Shown here one piece after another: positions 63,829-64,000 of a DNA stretch of 64,000 nt (its first letter is position 1; each line of letters starts with the position of its first letter). Source of the DNA: Verrucomicrobiota bacterium. GTDB taxonomy: Bacteria > Verrucomicrobiota > Kiritimatiellia > Kiritimatiellales > JBHORO01. The DNA lies in NCBI GenBank assembly GCA_042566005.1, contig JBHORO010000001.1, positions 9,823 through 73,822 on the forward strand, given 5' to 3'. The notes under the pieces are model-generated. The model saw nothing but the letters and a program-made list of their open reading frames with translations, had not been told where the DNA came from and made no database searches. The translations under genes were made by a program, and so were the position numbers.

Positions 63829-64000
63829 CTACTGCTCGTCAGCGATCTTCGCCAACTCATCCTCGATCAGATGATTCAGGTCGTGACTGACAGCTTCCGC
63901 GGAATAACGGATGCCGTTAAATGCCGCGCGGGCCGAAGAAGATCCGTGCCCGATGATCACCACGCCGTTCGCACCCAACAGGGATGCGCCGCCGTAGGCC
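63829..64000 (-). CDS. plsX: phosphate acyltransferase PlsX, C-terminal part (gene runs off the right edge)
   Basis: Hand translation of the minus strand gives ...AYGGASLLGANGVVIIGHGSSSARAAFNGIRYSAEAV...EQ-stop. This is PlsX-like and lies upstream of fabH, as in the canonical cluster. Confidence 0.85.
   Translation of the reverse strand, partial: AYGGASLLGANGVVIIGHGSSSARAAFNGIRYSAEAVSHDLNHLIEDELAKIADEQ

Overview
The window has two parts. Positions 1-26.2 kb are one minus-strand block of translation and transcription genes. Gene order is adk(partial)-secY-spc/S10 ribosomal protein genes-fusA-rpsG-rpsL-rpoC-rpoB-rplL-rplJ-rplA-rplK-nusG-secE-tRNA-Trp-rpmG-tuf-tRNA-Thr. This block is ordinary core genome. 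The only points worth noting there are a missing rpmD, a 97-nt AT-rich spacer between rpsS and rplV, and an attenuator-like hairpin between rplL and rpoB.

Positions 26.2-64 kb mix housekeeping and accessory genes. Housekeeping genes include trpD, dgkA, tRNA-Ser, rlmN, rsmE, dnaJ, grpE, rsmI, nnr, pdxJ, fmt and the plsX-fabH-fabD-fabG-acpP-fabF cluster. Seven accessory loci stand out:
(1) An exosortase gene and an EpsI-like gene with a 4-Cys insertion are translationally coupled to tolB-pal.
(2) A csoR-like repressor gene is preceded by a textbook CsoR operator (ATACCC-N5-GGGTAT) overlapping a sigma70-like promoter. It heads a TolC-like/adaptor/HME-RND (Cus-like) operon.
(3) A hemerythrin gene appears to have its true start (strong SD plus ATG) 27 nt upstream of the ORF-track start. 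That start is separated from the ORF by an in-frame TGA at the position of the conserved Trp. The gene also carries a perfect 3 x 9-bp tandem repeat.
(4) A visibly AT-richer 3.5-kb gene encodes a secreted beta-helix giant protein.
(5) A ParA gene has no ParB partner and is followed by a 73-aa ORF of unknown function.
(6) A STAS protein and a GAF-PP2C phosphatase form a pair with no kinase in the window.
(7) A GGDEF protein has a degenerate active site but an intact I-site.

I found no rRNA genes, CRISPR arrays, transposases or integrases. Taxonomy cannot be established from the sequence alone. The gene content (exosortase, DNRLRE/beta-helix giant protein, compact ribosomal super-operon) suggests a PVC-type Gram-negative, but that is a guess. 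All coordinates and motifs were read by eye from the sequence and ORF track. No database search was run.
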